A stretch of DNA of 63,923 nt, filler included, from Sluysia triapertura (GCA_046118255.1; 5 parts of 5 records of this genome joined end to end with filler, not necessarily neighbours in it); one strand, 5' to 3'; positions 26,896-41,729 are shown, counted from the first letter of the whole stretch. The notes: generated by a model not told the origin, from the letters alone. Program-made: numbers and translations.

Positions 26896-27220
26896 ATGCT
26901 AAGTAATTTAATGCTAATATCGTTAATTATTGCTTTATGTATACAATGTAAAATGCCTGCTGAATGTGTCATACGTAAAATTTACAATGCACTATCTAAA
27001 CCGGTTAGTGTCACTACCATCTCTAATTGTGCCAGTTGTTGGAAGTGGCCCATTGAATATCGTATTAACAGAATTTGTTCTGATGTAAAATGTTCTCAAA
27101 TCTCATCACTTAGAGAGTATTCTACTGTCGAATGTTCAAAAAATTTAGAAAATATGAAGCTTTTGAATGCAGCTATGTTTTTAATCGAAGATTATATTCA
27201 TAATTATAACTGTAGTGGTG
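26896..27220 (+). CDS. Putative small secreted cysteine-rich protein (possibly Ly6/three-finger-like)
   Basis: Signal-peptide-like MLSNLMLISLIIALCIQC, then CASCWK..INRICSDVKC..VEC; possible splice donor GTAAGT near 27220. Confidence 0.35.
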
Positions 27221-27517
27221 TAAGTGTTTTGTGTCTTTTTGTTATATTTTATTATATTAATAAAAGGTTAAATTTCATCGTTTTTGTTAAATTGTTATTC
27301 TGTAAAGGCTTTAAGCCTAATTTATTAGTTAAAAAATTATTACAGTTTTGAAATTAATTGTTAGTTTTTTTTCAAAGATTTTAAACTTTGTAAACATAAT
27401 TTTAAAATTAGATAAAAATAATTTTTATTTATTAATTGCAAACCTTTCAAAGCGCCTCACACAGATAAATTAGAACTTATATATCAATGAAGAGTATAGG
27501 TATTATTAAAGAAGTGT

Positions 27518-27521
<4 letters not shown>

Positions 27522-27561
<40 letters not shown>
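27522..27561. repeat. (AAT)n microsatellite
   Basis: Perfect trinucleotide run. Confidence 0.95.
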
Positions 27562-30500
27562 TTAGATTATTGAATTAACTATACATAGTGAAGCGGAGTT
27601 ATTTAAACGCATTTAACTGCAACTGCAGTCTTACTTTTGTTATTTGTTTTATCATTAAAATTATTATATGAAACTATATTTTCATTCGATTTTCGAATAT
27701 TATCAGTATAAGTAACTCCATTAATTCATGCAGCATTGTTCATATTCTTTTCATAATTTGTTGCCAATTTACTTAAATTATTTAATTTAATTTCACTTTT
27801 TAAGGCAATCGAGCATTTTATTTAGTTACTGTTTATTTTATCTTTTAAAATTTCGGATATTATAACTCCAGAATGTTTTAATTCAATTAATCTTTTCGAG
27901 AGCTTTCTTACTCTTCGTTCGAAGACTTCAAATCTTTTGTCACTTTCTGTCGTAAACCACTCAAGGCACTATTGATAATCATTTAGAAAATTTAAGAGTT
28001 AAGGCCTTTTAAGAAATCTGTACTTTACTTGTATCACTCTCAAGGATTATACATTACTGAATAAAATATTTTTCGAATTTATACTTCACAAGTTCATTGA
28101 GGAGAATAGGATATAAAAAGAATTTCTAACTACAATCTCATATAATTTTTTCCAGAATAAAACATTGTGCTTAAAATTAATTGTAATTTATGTAATTTGT
28201 CATTAAATTTACTTCTGGAAAACAATTATATCGTTAACATTAATCTGTTTATAAAATGCAGTTAGAAACATTTGATTTAAAAAATCAATAACTCATAAGT
28301 CACAAAATCATAGAAACAATAAATAAGAGATTTTTAAGATATCACAAAATATTTATTTTTTATCATGGAACTCATTCGCGAAACTATAATTAATTTTTGA
28401 CTAAAAATTAAATAAGTAACACACAAATTAATAAACGAATTATAACACTATTGAAAAATTCAAAAAATGCATATTTATAAAACTCCATTAAATTTTAAAT
28501 CTATATAATAATACAATACAAACTAACTTTTTTCATAAACATGTTTTCCACTTAATCTTCGTGATTTTCGAACCTTTTCTGATTTTGTATCGATAATTTT
28601 TCTGTAAAATAAACTTAAATTAAATCGAAACTAAATATGCAGTGGTGAACTGGAAAAATATTTCTGTTTTATATAAATGAAAAAATAAAATTAATGTTGA
28701 ATGATAATTTATCAAAATTCGGTTTTGTTTTATATTGAACTTTTAGTTAAATTCAGATTGTTGATTTTGTCTAGCGCTGTGAATATAAGATTTCTTTTTT
28801 ATTAAATTGCATGCACAAAGTTTTAAAAGTACATTTACTGCCTTTAGACATTAAAAGCAACATTAGATTTAAAATTCTAGAAATGGCAGTTTTCAATATT
28901 GATAACATTTCACTGCATCAAATCAAAGTACCACTAAAATTTATGCCATTTATATTGTATGTATCAACATTATATGAAAATGCCAAATGATCAAGTCTTT
29001 AGGAATTATGACCCAGATACGAATGATCGTTCATGAAAATGAGAATTCAATGATTTTCCAACAGTTGAATATGTACCTAAAGAAAATTAGTAATACAAAA
29101 AAACTCTCAGTTGATTCATCAAAGTATTTGACGATTATATAGTATCGAATCTAAATGACTTGGTTAAAGAATGTATAAATTAATATAATAATATATAAAT
29201 TGTATCAATGAAGCATTAGGCTTACAGAAGTATCTTCAGAAAACTCGATCATATTAGTATTGTCAATGCAAATGCTTGTAAAAAATTTCATGTCCGAAGA
29301 CATTATCACCCTAAAAGTTCTTGGCCATACAAATAAACTATTTGCTTTTGATGACGAAAGCAAGAACCTATTGCTAAATTTTGTCGTCCAGAAAACGAAA
29401 ACAAGAAGTACGATCGACGCTTGGTTTTTCCAACGACTTCTTTATTAAATGAAAAAGAATTTGCACTGCGATTTAGGCTCTTCTCAGACTGGTCAAGCAC
29501 AAAACTTAATATGCATTGGAACAAAAAATTATAATGGTAGTAGCTCGTTTAAAAATAAAATACAAAAGCGACAGTGGAGTTGTTGGATTTGTGAATTGAT
29601 AAGGGAATTTTGTACTACTATGATCCGTCATGTATGTCTAGAATTTCATATCTTTGAATAAATGTATTGTTATATATAGTGATTTATCTGAATGTCAATT
29701 GGCAATGTAGATGTTCCAATTTATAACAAGCCTATGTGCAAAATCAAGCAAACAAAACAGCTGCATTATCAATATTGCACAAATAATAAAAATATTAATA
29801 AATATTTGGCTCTAATGATCGTGACAGAAATACTGCAAATGATACAAATTTATAATGATATTCTTGATGACGAAATGTAGATCCAAGTAAAAAATTGTTT
29901 TATTCAAAAAGTTTAATTTATATCCATAAAAAATTAGTAAAAGATGTTAGTTTTGGTAATAAACACATATGAAAAATGTTAAATGAAGACCATTAAATGA
30001 TATTAAAATTGATTAAACCGAAAAAAAATGAGATTTATAATCAAATGGAAGCAACTTATAGGCACATTTCCATTGGCAAGATGGTTATATCCGATATTTA
30101 AAACGATTATTAAATTTTCTTTGTTTGTGCTTATGAATCAAAGTGCAAGAGAAATCGAAATAGTTATTAAACAGACTTTAAAATGAATATACGTGTAAAA
30201 GTATTTAATTTTACATAATAGTAAACATAGCATATGTAAACAAATTTTAGATGTACTGGAGATATACTGACGAGGCACTACTTAGAAAACATGAATTTAG
30301 TAAGACAAACTTTGCTAAATTAGAAGCTGTTGTAAAATTTATGTAAAAGAGAATTTGAAAAATATTAATAAATTCGACAATAAATCAATATTATTTTGAG
30401 TCACTGATATTATACTAGATAAAAGGTAAGTACGAAATCATTTTCTGAACTGATAATTAGAAGATTATTAATGACAAGAGAAAGCTGTCAAAATATGACT

Positions 30501-31808
30501 TAATTGTTTCTGGAACCAATAATAAAGCAGATGAACTAAACAGATTTCCTCTGAAGTTAAAATATAAAATTTAACTTAGAAACTCAAAAAACTATATATG
30601 AATCACTCAAGAATCAAATGTGGAATTTTTATGCAATAGCCGAAATATAAATATTGCTGATTCGTACATAAAGTGAATGATAATTCGATGGAAATATAGT
30701 AGTAATAACGTAAATAATAAATAGTACAGATGATCAATTGATACAAACTTTAATAAAACATATTTAACGAACATAGATAATGACCCTTCCCGATTTGCTA
30801 TTTGAAAAAGGATTAAAATGAGCATTAAAAAGATATATGCAATATTTCAAAGTCTATTTTCTGAACGAAGGTCGCCATAAGACAATTAGAGTACAATTTC
30901 AAAATCTTGTGTAATTGAAAAGTTTTAATATTTCGTGAAATAAGTAAACCCAATTCTATTAAAATTATACAACATAACCATAGAATTATTAAACGAATAT
31001 TGATAATGAAGAAGCAAGTTGACTGTATATCACACCGCCGTAAAGTAAATTCACATTTATTCTATAGGTTTCGCAAAAATTTAAATAAATAGATCAATAG
31101 TTATTATCAATTTTAATTCTCAAATTAACTAAATGTGTAAAGCAGTGGCTTAAACGAAATATACAATCAAATCAGCGTAAAAAAGAAATTTTACGCACGA
31201 GAAATCCAACATAATCAATATACCGAAAACCTGGATACTTAGAAAATCGCTAACGAATCTGATGGGAATGTTGTTTAATGATTTATTAACTATATTTGTA
31301 TTTGTTTAAATATGATTTCCGAATTTGATTTTATTTATTTACTAAATTATGCACAAAAATTAATTAATTTTACATTAATTAAGATTTTGCATAGCATGCG
31401 CAATAAGTTAATAAATGAAAAATCTTAAGAATGAACAAAATTCAGTTAATATTTGAGGGACAAAGAAATAAAAATTAAATTTTAGATTGTACAAAATCAT
31501 GCTAATAATATTACTGGGTTATAAACAAATTAAACTTTAACTCAAAGAGTATACATTTTATTTTGTTTATGTTTCTTCAAAAACCAAAATCATAATGTAC
31601 TTCTTGTAATCAGTTTCGTCGATTTGAGTCAAGAAAATATTGACATTCAAGCTAATAATTATAAAATGTGTATGTTTACTTTTCTACATGTAACCCGTTT
31701 TGTGCAGAATTTTTCTCCAGATATAAATTATATCATATAAGTGTAAAGTTAATGTCCACAATTGTTAATGAACACACTATGTATATATAATAAATAAATA
31801 ATAATTTT

Positions 31809-32257
31809 TTACTCTTTTTTTATTAACTTTTTTGGAATAGAAGGGTAGATATAACAAGAACTATTGTCTAAATTTCGTTTACTGGACTTTTGATCACCAT
31901 TATAACCATTAGTAGAGTTAACATTGGAATGATTATTTCTGTTTAAATTAAGAGATGGCGGAGAAAATAATGCAGATGTAGACGTTGCTATTCCTGCTGG
32001 TATAGTAGATAGTGATGATGTTGAAAGTGGAGAATTTGATGATTTGATACAAGGAGTAGTCGGAACACGATTTTTATTAGGAGTTGAGGATATAGAAGAT
32101 GTTTCACTAGTACATGTTAAATTAGATAGTATTTGTTCATCTGTCATTGAATTTGTTGAATTTGCTGTTTTGGAGACACTGTTTAAAGATGAATATTTAA
32201 TTTGGTCCACATTTATCATGGAATTAGACTTTTTGGATTCTTTCAATTTGTAATTTC
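31809..32257 (-). CDS. Ser/Thr/Asn-rich exon, probably the 3' part of the AF10-like gene
   Basis: 145-codon open frame after a TTTAG acceptor, same strand and composition as AF10 exon 5. The phase does not join exon 5 directly, so an exon may be missing. Confidence 0.55.
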
Positions 32258-33626
32258 TAAAATTACGATCAAATTATACCACTCATTTACGCACGGCATA
32301 TGCCTTGTTTCAAATTATTTGGTAACCGTTAATATTTTTAAAATAGAAATAATTTTTGTTTAACGATGAATGAAACATTTGAATAGGTACTTAAATTATT
32401 AGATTGAAATATTTCAGAATAAGTGTTAACAATGACATCAGAGCATGACAAAATTAAAGACTAAAATTTTATCATTTTACGAATTTATATTAAAACGCAA
32501 AGAAAGCTATTATGAATTATTTTTAAAATTGTTAATCATTATGGAGTATGGGTCAAAAAGATTTATATTATAATCAAAGTTTAAGTAATATAGATTAAAA
32601 TATTTAAGCAACCAGTAAATTTATCTGAAATAGTACAAATTTTAAATTTCGTTCGAATGCAAAAAATCAAGAGATCTCAATTTTATAGGACTTATTGTCA
32701 AAAAATCTATTTTGGACTAATAAAAATGTTGCTGCTTGAATTAGTTGTGGAATTTTAAAATTGGTAATGGCAACAATAAAATCCCAAACTCAAAAGAATT
32801 GAATGAAATTTTATTTCAAATGTTTTATTTAGAAATGAATAAAGCACAATGTAACTCGAAGTTCGATGTTGAATTGAATATCATGTCTAAAACATTCTCA
32901 ATATTTGAAACAAGGTACATTATATTTTTATAGAACATCATATTTCATCGACTTTTATTTATATTCAAATAATTTCATAAAAAATTATATATTTAAAAAC
33001 CTAATAATGTTTCAAAATATGACACTTATGAGAAATAATTTCTTTCGTGAAATTGTTAACAAAAAGATATTAATAGAATGTTATAATAATATGTGGTATT
33101 CGTGTTTAAATTCATGTACACTAATTTGTATTTGTATGTTTAACGGATATTCGAAAAAACAAATCTTCGTCTTCGTCAGCACAATAAATAGCACAAGCTC
33201 CAAATTTACCAATAAGCTCCTATAAAATGAAGAAAAACTAGGGCTAAGAATGATACATTATAAATATATACAAATAAGTGCTACATGACTTGTATAACAA
33301 AAGAAACCGACAAAAGTTAAGCGTATTTAATTTGTTGCTAGACTTACAAAGATGTATATTCGCTTAGTAGGTAATGTAAAAACTAATAAATTAAATTGCA
33401 CGGAAAGATATGAAAGCAAAAAAGAAATGGTTCCAATAACAAAAATCTAATAAATGAAGTTCAATATACGACTAAAGATAAATATCGAATCTATCAAAAC
33501 CTAATAATTATTTGTAATCAAAAAAGGAAATTTTCATAACCACACAAAAAACATTTTATTAAACATTCCAAACTAACTTATCATTTTCTCTACCAACTAT
33601 GTTCTCATACTTTATAGGTACCGTAC

Positions 33627-34602
33627 CTGCACTGATTTCTGGTGCGGATTGTTCCTCATTTGAATTCGTAGAAGTTGCAGTATCGAACGATAAATTGTTT
33701 TTATTTGTAGACGATGAAGTTGATATGTTTAAGCTAGTTTTACTACTATAACTATCATCATGAGTACCTTTATCGGTTTCTGAAATTTCCGAAGCAGTTG
33801 TGGGAATACAATCTTCATCACTTTTTTCTAGTTGTGGTGGGGTTTGCCTGAGTTTTTGTTTTTCATATTTCCCTGGTGTTTGCAGCGAACTTGAAAGACG
33901 AATTGTAAAATCTCTATGCCTCTAAAATATCGTAATGATAATTTATAATTTTTACAGTTTTGTGCTTATGCATTGAGCAATATGCAATATAGCGAACTCC
34001 TTCTTTAGATGAAACAGTCTGAGTTAATAACCCTTGTGTTTGTGCACATGTAACGTGAAACATAACTTTGCAACCTGGTTTAACACATTGAATACATGCC
34101 CCTATTGAAGCTCGATCTTGACGATTATTTTTTTCGCAGAGACTACATACCTATGTATTTTAATAGAAAATTAAGATTCAATTTTACTTTATTTAATTTA
34201 TCAGTTGAAATTTTATCAATTGATATAGTTTCCAATCTTTCTTGATCTAAAAACTCAACACCTGGTATGAAAAGTGCACATATAATGTGACACCACCCAC
34301 CCTTATTTGTATGCTTCAAGGCACCTTCTCTTGATGGACATAATTCGCACCTCTAAAAAAATTGATTAATGAAATATAACGTACAACTCTGGCAGATCTT
34401 TCCTGTGATATACATTTTTGACAAAACCACGCACCATCTGGTATTTGTTGAATACCATAACAATCTAATATGTTAATTTAAGTAAAGTAATTAAACTTTT
34501 ATGAACACTTGTATTACAACTTCTTCCATCACAATTTATAATTGGATTATTGTCAAATGGTTCTTCTTTTAAACACACACAACAGCAAAGGTTGTCTCTC
34601 AT
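33627..34602 (-). CDS. MLLT10: AF10/AF17 (MLLT10/MLLT6, Alhambra, ZFP-1)-like PZP protein; exons 34602-34497, 34464-34385, 34352-34188, 34150-33956, 33921-33627
   Basis: Spliced translation MRDNLCCCVCLKEEPFDNNPIINCDGRSCNTSVHKNCYGIQQIPDGAWFCQKCISQERSARVRCELCPSREGALKHTNKGGWCHIICALFIP..GACIQCVKPGCKVMFHVTCAQ; SQERxARVRCELCP is characteristic of AF10. GT-AG introns of 32, 32, 37 and 34 bp keep the frame. Confidence 0.92.
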
Positions 34603-35609
34603 ATTATGGAAAACAAATGAAAATGAATTATATTTATAAATGACGTGGTGAAATAATGTAATTCAAGTATATCAAGTATTCATTTTAATAATTATTTTTA
34701 ATGCGAAACAAATAAACTAATTATAGATATTTTTATGACTCATGATAATAATATTAAAAAAATACAATAATTTGCTATTTTCAAAACGAACATTTAAAAT
34801 ATAAAAAAATAAAACATGATCATTGCTTTTAAATATATTAAATTATTAAACTTATATATTTTTAAAATAATTAAAAAATGTATCTTTAAATAATTTATGT
34901 AAAACAAAGTTTAAATTTTTAAACAAAAATTTTAGTATTTTAAATTGTGAATATATTAATTGAGAATGCACTAATAAATTTAACTATTAAATTTACATAA
35001 TACAAAACAAAACTAATTATTATTTAAATAATATTTACAGTACTTTTATATTTAGTGTAGGACAAATTCTTATCATGAGAATTCTTTCAGTAACAAAATT
35101 ATTTCGAAACATTTTTATCATAATTTTTATTTTCACTAAAATTTAGTTTTGTAATCTTAATTTTAACTGCTGCACATATTGGAGAAGAAAATAATATTTC
35201 AATTTACATCACATTTTTAACTCTCTGAAGCGTATAAGTTTTACTACACTTTTATAAATTGTAATAATTCATTGACTATCGTGTAAAAGTAAATAGTGTT
35301 ATTAAAATACTTATTTAGTTATTTAAATTTTTAATTTTACTTTCATTATTATATTTATATAAAATTTATATTTTAAATTTAATACAAGAATAACTAAATA
35401 TATTTGACAACATTTAAAACTAAGTGCAAGTAAAAGAGACCTAACTTACAAAATATCTAAGGAGTCGGTTCACCTAATATATACGATTTATACAACTGTT
35501 GGAGACGTATTATTAGAATTTAATGTTTATATTTAATAAAGACTTTAAAACTTTCTTTACAGGTTGTTAGTCAACTTCTTAATAATGTAATAATTATATT
35601 TTATAATTA

Positions 35610-35860
35610 TGCGACCCGTATTAAGGTGTTGCTTTAAAACAACTTTTTTATGAATTTAGAAATTACCCGACCCTTCTTAAGGTGTTGCTTTAAGAAATTA
35701 AATGTTAAAGGAAATTAATCAACAAAATTTAACTCACTAATGTTTAAAAATACTTATGTAATATCGATAATGATTTTAAAATGTGAGATTCAACCTCAGT
35801 TGATCGTAATATAAATTTAGTGTAAAATTGCGCAACTCTTATTAAGATGTTGCATAAAAA
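35610..35860. repeat. Three spaced copies of a ~26-bp motif (CGACCC..TTAAGGTGTTGCTTTAA)
   Basis: Copies near 35612, 35668 and 35832; probably transposon subterminal repeats. Confidence 0.55.
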
Positions 35861-37529
35861 TGAAAATTATTTTTAGTAGATTTTAAGATTCCCTGTAATG
35901 GCGAATCTAATACTTATAAAAATGAAATTACTTGTGCATGGACAAAAATGATTTTTTGATAAAACAATTCTTCTGAAGTTTCCAAATTATTTGTTCTACA
36001 AAATCCTCTTTAAATTATTGCCTCCAAATCTAAATTATTGTTTCCCAAGATTTGTCTAAATTATTGTTTCTCAAATCTCGTCTAAAAATTGTGTATTTTA
36101 AAATTTTTTAACCTATTCTAATTTTTAAGCATCCATCTTGCTTTCTTTCATTTTAGAAAATTAATTAATTAAAACAAAAACTTTTATTTTAATTATCTAA
36201 ATTTTATTTTATTTTCTTTAATATTTGAATTTAATAATTTTATGAAAATTTATCTATTTAATTTTCTAAGTTTTTTATTTTATTTTTAAATTTTCTTTAA
36301 TTTTTGAATTTAATAATTAATAATTTTTTGAATTAAATTATAATTAATAATTTAATTAATTATAATAGAAATAATATTTAAAATTAATAATATTTACAAA
36401 ATATTATAAAATACTAAAATAAAATGATAACACTTCATAACATGCTTAAAAAATATAAAAATATAAATAACTTTGACAATTTGTTTCCCTCAAGTAACAC
36501 ATCTCATTAATGAACATTCTTTATACTATGATAAATCAATTAATATTTTCTTTCATATTCATTTTTGAATCCATATTTTGTAAGTTTAATTTCGCGTCTA
36601 ACAACATCGTAGTTGTTGAAAGTTATAAATTTTGATTTTTCTTTATTGATTTGCAAATATTTATTCTCAAACCATTTTATCAATTCAGTTGTGTTATTTT
36701 AACCGAATACATTTGCACGAATGTTTGCATATCTTTTAAATAAAATTTCTCTTTTTCAGATCTTGCAACTTCTGATAAAGCCTAATAAAAAACGTAGACC
36801 AAGTAAGAACTCTATACTTTATAAATGCTTATTTATGATGATCCAACTTTAGACAAATAATCTATAACATTAACTTAATCATTAAACATAAATTTACTTT
36901 TCATTCTTCAAACAAATATAAATCTTTTAAATTAGAATTTATTTTTTGGAGAAGTGCTAAAAAATAAATAAGTCACAAAACCGCGGATTAAACAAAAATT
37001 TTAAATGTCAAAATAAAAAAGAATTTAAAATAATTAACTCTAGCTTAAAATTAAATAAGATTTTCACATTTTTATTATCGTAGCTATATTATGCGGAAAA
37101 ATTAAGGTTTATCAATTATCAATGTTTATGCAATTATTATAATATTAAAATGGATTAGCATTTTGTATTTTAATTCATCGATTAAGACCATATTGGATTA
37201 AATATTACAGTTTATATGCAGAAAGCAAATATTATAACAATTTTCAAGTTTTAAAATTCAGATGCAAAAGATATGAATGGTAAAAAATGCAAAATTACAT
37301 TTTTCAGAGTTTTATAAAATGATTCTATAAGACAGACAGATATTAATTGTTTTCATGATACTTATTATGAGTACCTGTAAAATCGACCTGTAAATCGAAA
37401 TTTCAAAGTGTTTTTGTTAGATAGTTAAGTTACAAAAATAATCCTTATCATCGTAACTGTCAATTTAAGCGCATGTATAATTTTGAAAATTTATCTCGAT
37501 TTATTGACGTAATTGGTAATCATTTAAAT

Positions 37530-37736
37530 CACGGTTTCTCAACCGTTGGGTCTCGGACTCGCTGCTTAATATAGATAATATAATATATTATAATATAAAT
37601 TTAAACTACATACAAAAAATTAATTTATACAATCAAAACGCTAATTAGCGCCAATAGTATGTAATAAAAAATTGGGTCGCAGAACAATCTGAAAAAATTT
37701 TATTGGATATCGACATAAAAATGTTGAGAAACGATG
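37530..37736. mobile_element. hAT (Charlie-like) MITE, 207 bp
   Basis: Terminal inverted repeats CACGGTTTCTCAAC / GTTGAGAAACGATG, flanked by the 8-bp duplication ATTTAAAT. Confidence 0.8.
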
Positions 37737-38703
37737 ATTTAAATTATTGTGACAATTTCAAACTAAACATGAATAAAAATATTTAAAAATATCTTGACAA
37801 ATTTAAAAAATGGAAATAATTATGATGAAATTAAAGAATATATTATAAAGAATATATACATAGGTTAGGAAATTTTATTTATTAGCAAGCAGATTTTTTC
37901 AGAAAATTCAGACTCAAAAGCTAATTATTCATCTTTAGAATATTTAGATGAACCGGAAACATTAATTTTAGTTTTTTTAAAGATAGAGATTATTAATGAT
38001 AGTAGTAAGGCAATAGTTAGTGTTATATGCCTAGTGTTTCAACCACGCACTATAATCTCATTGTCGCTCTTATACATAAATTCATACAAAGTCAAAAATT
38101 CAAAGTCATACATAATTTAATAACCGTTAATAACCGTTAGAAATACCAGCAATTGTACACCAAATTATATTATATCAAATAAACGTCATACATTATTAAT
38201 TCATCACACTCAACACAATTCATGAATTATAAAACTTCAAACCACAAAATCTTAACATAAAATAAAATCAATTAGATCAAATATGTTAATATTATGCATT
38301 TATCATTGTTTTTTTACTTTTTGCTGAAGTACCAACCTTCAAGGCATAACACGTTTAGCACAATTTCAAGTATTGAACAATCAGGACCCCAAATTCCACG
38401 TAATAAACGAATATTTTTGTTAAAAAATACGTTTTTATTAAAATTAAGTATTAGTTAAGAATTATATATTAATTAAAATTGTATAGATTAATCAAAAATT
38501 ATAAATTAATTAAAAAATTGTTTGAATGCGTGACCACTTCCTTACTACAATTATATTATTTTTCTTTTATTATTTTTATCATAATTTCTTTTTAATTTTA
38601 ATTCTATTTTTACTTTTAATTTTTAATATTAAAAAGTTGTAAAAATTAATTTTATTATTATATATTTTATCATTATAATTTTGTCTTCTAAAAATAGTCA
38701 AAC

Positions 38704-39300
38704 ATGCAGTGTATTTCTCAGACGATACATATTCACAATGAGACTTTAATTTCAAATATAATGGGTTTTCTTATGCAAGTTTTAAAGAGATTTAGAATAG
38801 ATTACGACGTTGACAGAGATGAAACATTTCTCATAATGGAATCTGTGAAGGATTCTGGAGGAATTCAAAATATTATTAAAGATATCAGTAATTTTGAAAA
38901 ATGTTCTCAACCAGATAGAGGAATGTTTTGATGTACGTTAAATAATCAAGTTGAATGCAGCAAATTGCTCAATCTGCAAGATAATTTAAAACGTAATGAA
39001 CGTTATAAAAGTGTATTACTTACTGAATTTCCATGTTTCTTTTTTCAAAATTTTCAGATAAAGAGTTATAGAGCAAAATGTCTAAAGTCCGTTGCACATA
39101 TCACAACAATTGTGAAACGTGTAACCGCACCTGCAACACTAAGCACATCATGTAACATTAAATTAATTAATCTTAATAAGATTCCTATGTCGGTAGCAGT
39201 ACTACCTTTAAAAAATGAAACACAAAGATTAGTTAAAATTATAAATTTGAATTCACATGAATTAAAGATTAAAAGAGTATGTTCTTGTGATATTTTGTAA
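38704..39300 (+). CDS. Putative spliced gene ending in C-x-C (possibly a divergent cystine-knot/TGF-beta-like ligand)
   Basis: Two ORFs with a TTTTCAG acceptor near 39057; last exon SYRAKC..SC..LNKIPMSVAVL..LVKIINL..KIKRVCSCDIL*. The cysteine set is incomplete. Confidence 0.3.
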
Positions 39301-41478
39301 GAAAAGATTAGTATTTTAATGACACAAGCTTTTGGATGGTTCTTGGTGCCAGCCAGAAGACACGATACGGTTATATTTATTTAGAGTCGTTTAAATTATT
39401 GAGTTTTAGTATAGATGAGTCTAATAGTATCGAAGATTTGGTAACTAGGTTGTTCATGAGGCAAGAAAATCGTTCGGAAAATAGATATATTGTGACACCG
39501 GAAACATCGCTCATTGCCGAAACTCGATTTTCAATTTTCTTACATAATCAAATGAACATTGCTTGTTATTTTATATATTATTTTCGTTTAATTATTGTTA
39601 TTTTGACAATAATATAATATATAAGGACTTCCTATGCTTTTCTTGTTCAATTTATGTATCCACTTTAATAAAAATGAGTGTTTTAAAAGTTTATAAATTT
39701 AATAATGGTCATCATAAATTAATGTTTTGTATCCTAATTAATAAAGTACTAAACATAAAAATTTAAATACAAAAACATTAAAATATGGCCAGATAAGATA
39801 AATTAAAACATTTTAGTGTTAAATTTAATGCGGCATTTATGTATTAAGAAATTAACTAATTAATTTTGGATTTTCTAAGAAATCTGGATATGACAATAAT
39901 ATTAAGCATCTTTTATTTAAAAATGACTTTAACTATTTTATTGTATTACTTGAGAAGCACGCTTTTTGGAAATTTTAAAGTGAATATAATACCTATTATA
40001 TAACTATTACTAAAATTATTACTACTAAAAATGATTATTCTGACTTAAGTTCACTTTTTAATTTTTAACTTGTCTTTTCTTATTTTTTCCGTATATAGCT
40101 TATATTCTGAATGTTTTTCATAATGGAGTTTTAAATTATATTCTTTCAAAACATTTATAGTCTGTTTTCAAATTAAACATGAAGCTTTGTCTTTTAGATC
40201 TATAAAAAAGTAATATAACTTTCATCTTGGTTGAAACATTCTGTGCTCGTCTTGCATTAATTTTTTAAAATTATTTTTATTTTCTGAAAAATAAAAATAA
40301 AAAACATTGTTTTATTTACATGCAATATAAATGCCTTTAGAAATTAAATACATAATCAAGATTTTATACAACAATCTATGATTAATCCAATTTTCTAAAT
40401 ATTTTATTTAATTGTACGTGTTTTGAAACACTGACACTGTGATTTTTCACGTATTTTGCTACATTTTGAATATTACCTATCTGATTTTTTACTCCAATTT
40501 GAATGCTTTCTAATTTAATTAATACTTGCGGTCAATTATTTGATGAGTTTTAATAAATTAGGAAAATAATACCTGAAATATGCAACTGAGAAGAAACTGT
40601 CAAAAAACGATCTACTTTATCGATGTTACCGACAACATGAACCAAAAGGGGCGCGCAAATGCCATTGGCGGTACATTCAAATACTTAAAAATAGTTTAAA
40701 TTAAAATTTCAATCTAATCCTAAAATAAAATTATTTTAAACATTGTTATCAATCCTCTGGCTGTATCTCAAGCTCTTCTGGGGCGCGTGTTTGATACGAC
40801 TGTCATAAATAATTAATAAAGCCTGAATAACTTTCACAATTAAATTATTTTTTGTAGTAAAAGCTCATCTTTTCTTAATTTTTAAATTATATAATAAATA
40901 AAAAGCAATTTGAAGTATAAATTTAAATTATTTATATTATTATGCATTATTTATTTAACAGAAAACTAATATGTATGGAATTATAGTATATTTACATTAA
41001 GTTTTTCTGTGTATATTCTTTACATATTTATATTTTGTGTATTAAGAAATATATCTGCATGTATTTATATAATTATTTATTTTATAACTTGGTTAAAGTA
41101 AAATAATCAATTAATTTATTTTATTTTAATTAATTAATTACTTAATTTTAATAATTTACATTTAATTTTTAATACATATGACATAATAAAATTATGTTAA
41201 CAAACAATTACAGCATGAAAGATAAAAATGTTCTAGCGGTAAATCTTGTTTGGACACACGTGCTATAAAATACAACACAAATTATATTAAAATTTAAAAG
41301 CACATAATTAGATTAATTTTAAATTTATTGATTTAGGATATATTTGTCGAATTAAATGTTGAAACTTAATTTTTTTCGTTTTTAAAGAGTCAGACAAATT
41401 AAACCACATTTTTTAAAGTTTATTCAGTAATTATTTTCATATTTTTTCAATTTTAGTGATTCATTAATTAATCTAGAG

Positions 41479-41555
41479 CAGTGATTCTCAGCCTTTTTTT
41501 TGTTGCGGCACTATTTTAAAGATTTCAAAATTTGGCGGCACAGTTTAAAAATTAT
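41479..41555 (+). mobile_element. hAT-Charlie terminus, cut off by a gap
   Basis: ATCTAGAG target site followed by CAGTGATTCTCAGCC and repeated GCGGCAC motifs. Confidence 0.65.
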
Positions 41556-41654
41556 NNNNNNNNNNNNNNNNNNNNNNNNNNNNNNNNNNNNNNNNNNNNT
41601 TAATTAATTAANNNNNNNNNNNNNNNNNNNNNNNNNNNNNNNNNNNNNNNNNNN

Positions 41655-41729
41655 NGGGTTTGTCGCAATTTTATTATCGCGTTATACGAAATCGCGTAAT
41701 TGGGGGTCGCGTTATACGGGGTCCGACTG
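41655..41729 (-). mobile_element. Tc1/mariner-pogo type terminus, cut off by a gap
   Basis: Reverse strand reads TA CAGTCGGACCCCGTATAACGCG with a repeated CGCGTTATACG motif. Confidence 0.65.

Noticed and set aside
28980-30560. Broken coding-like frames, possibly a transposase relic
   Set aside because: No recognisable catalytic or family motif.
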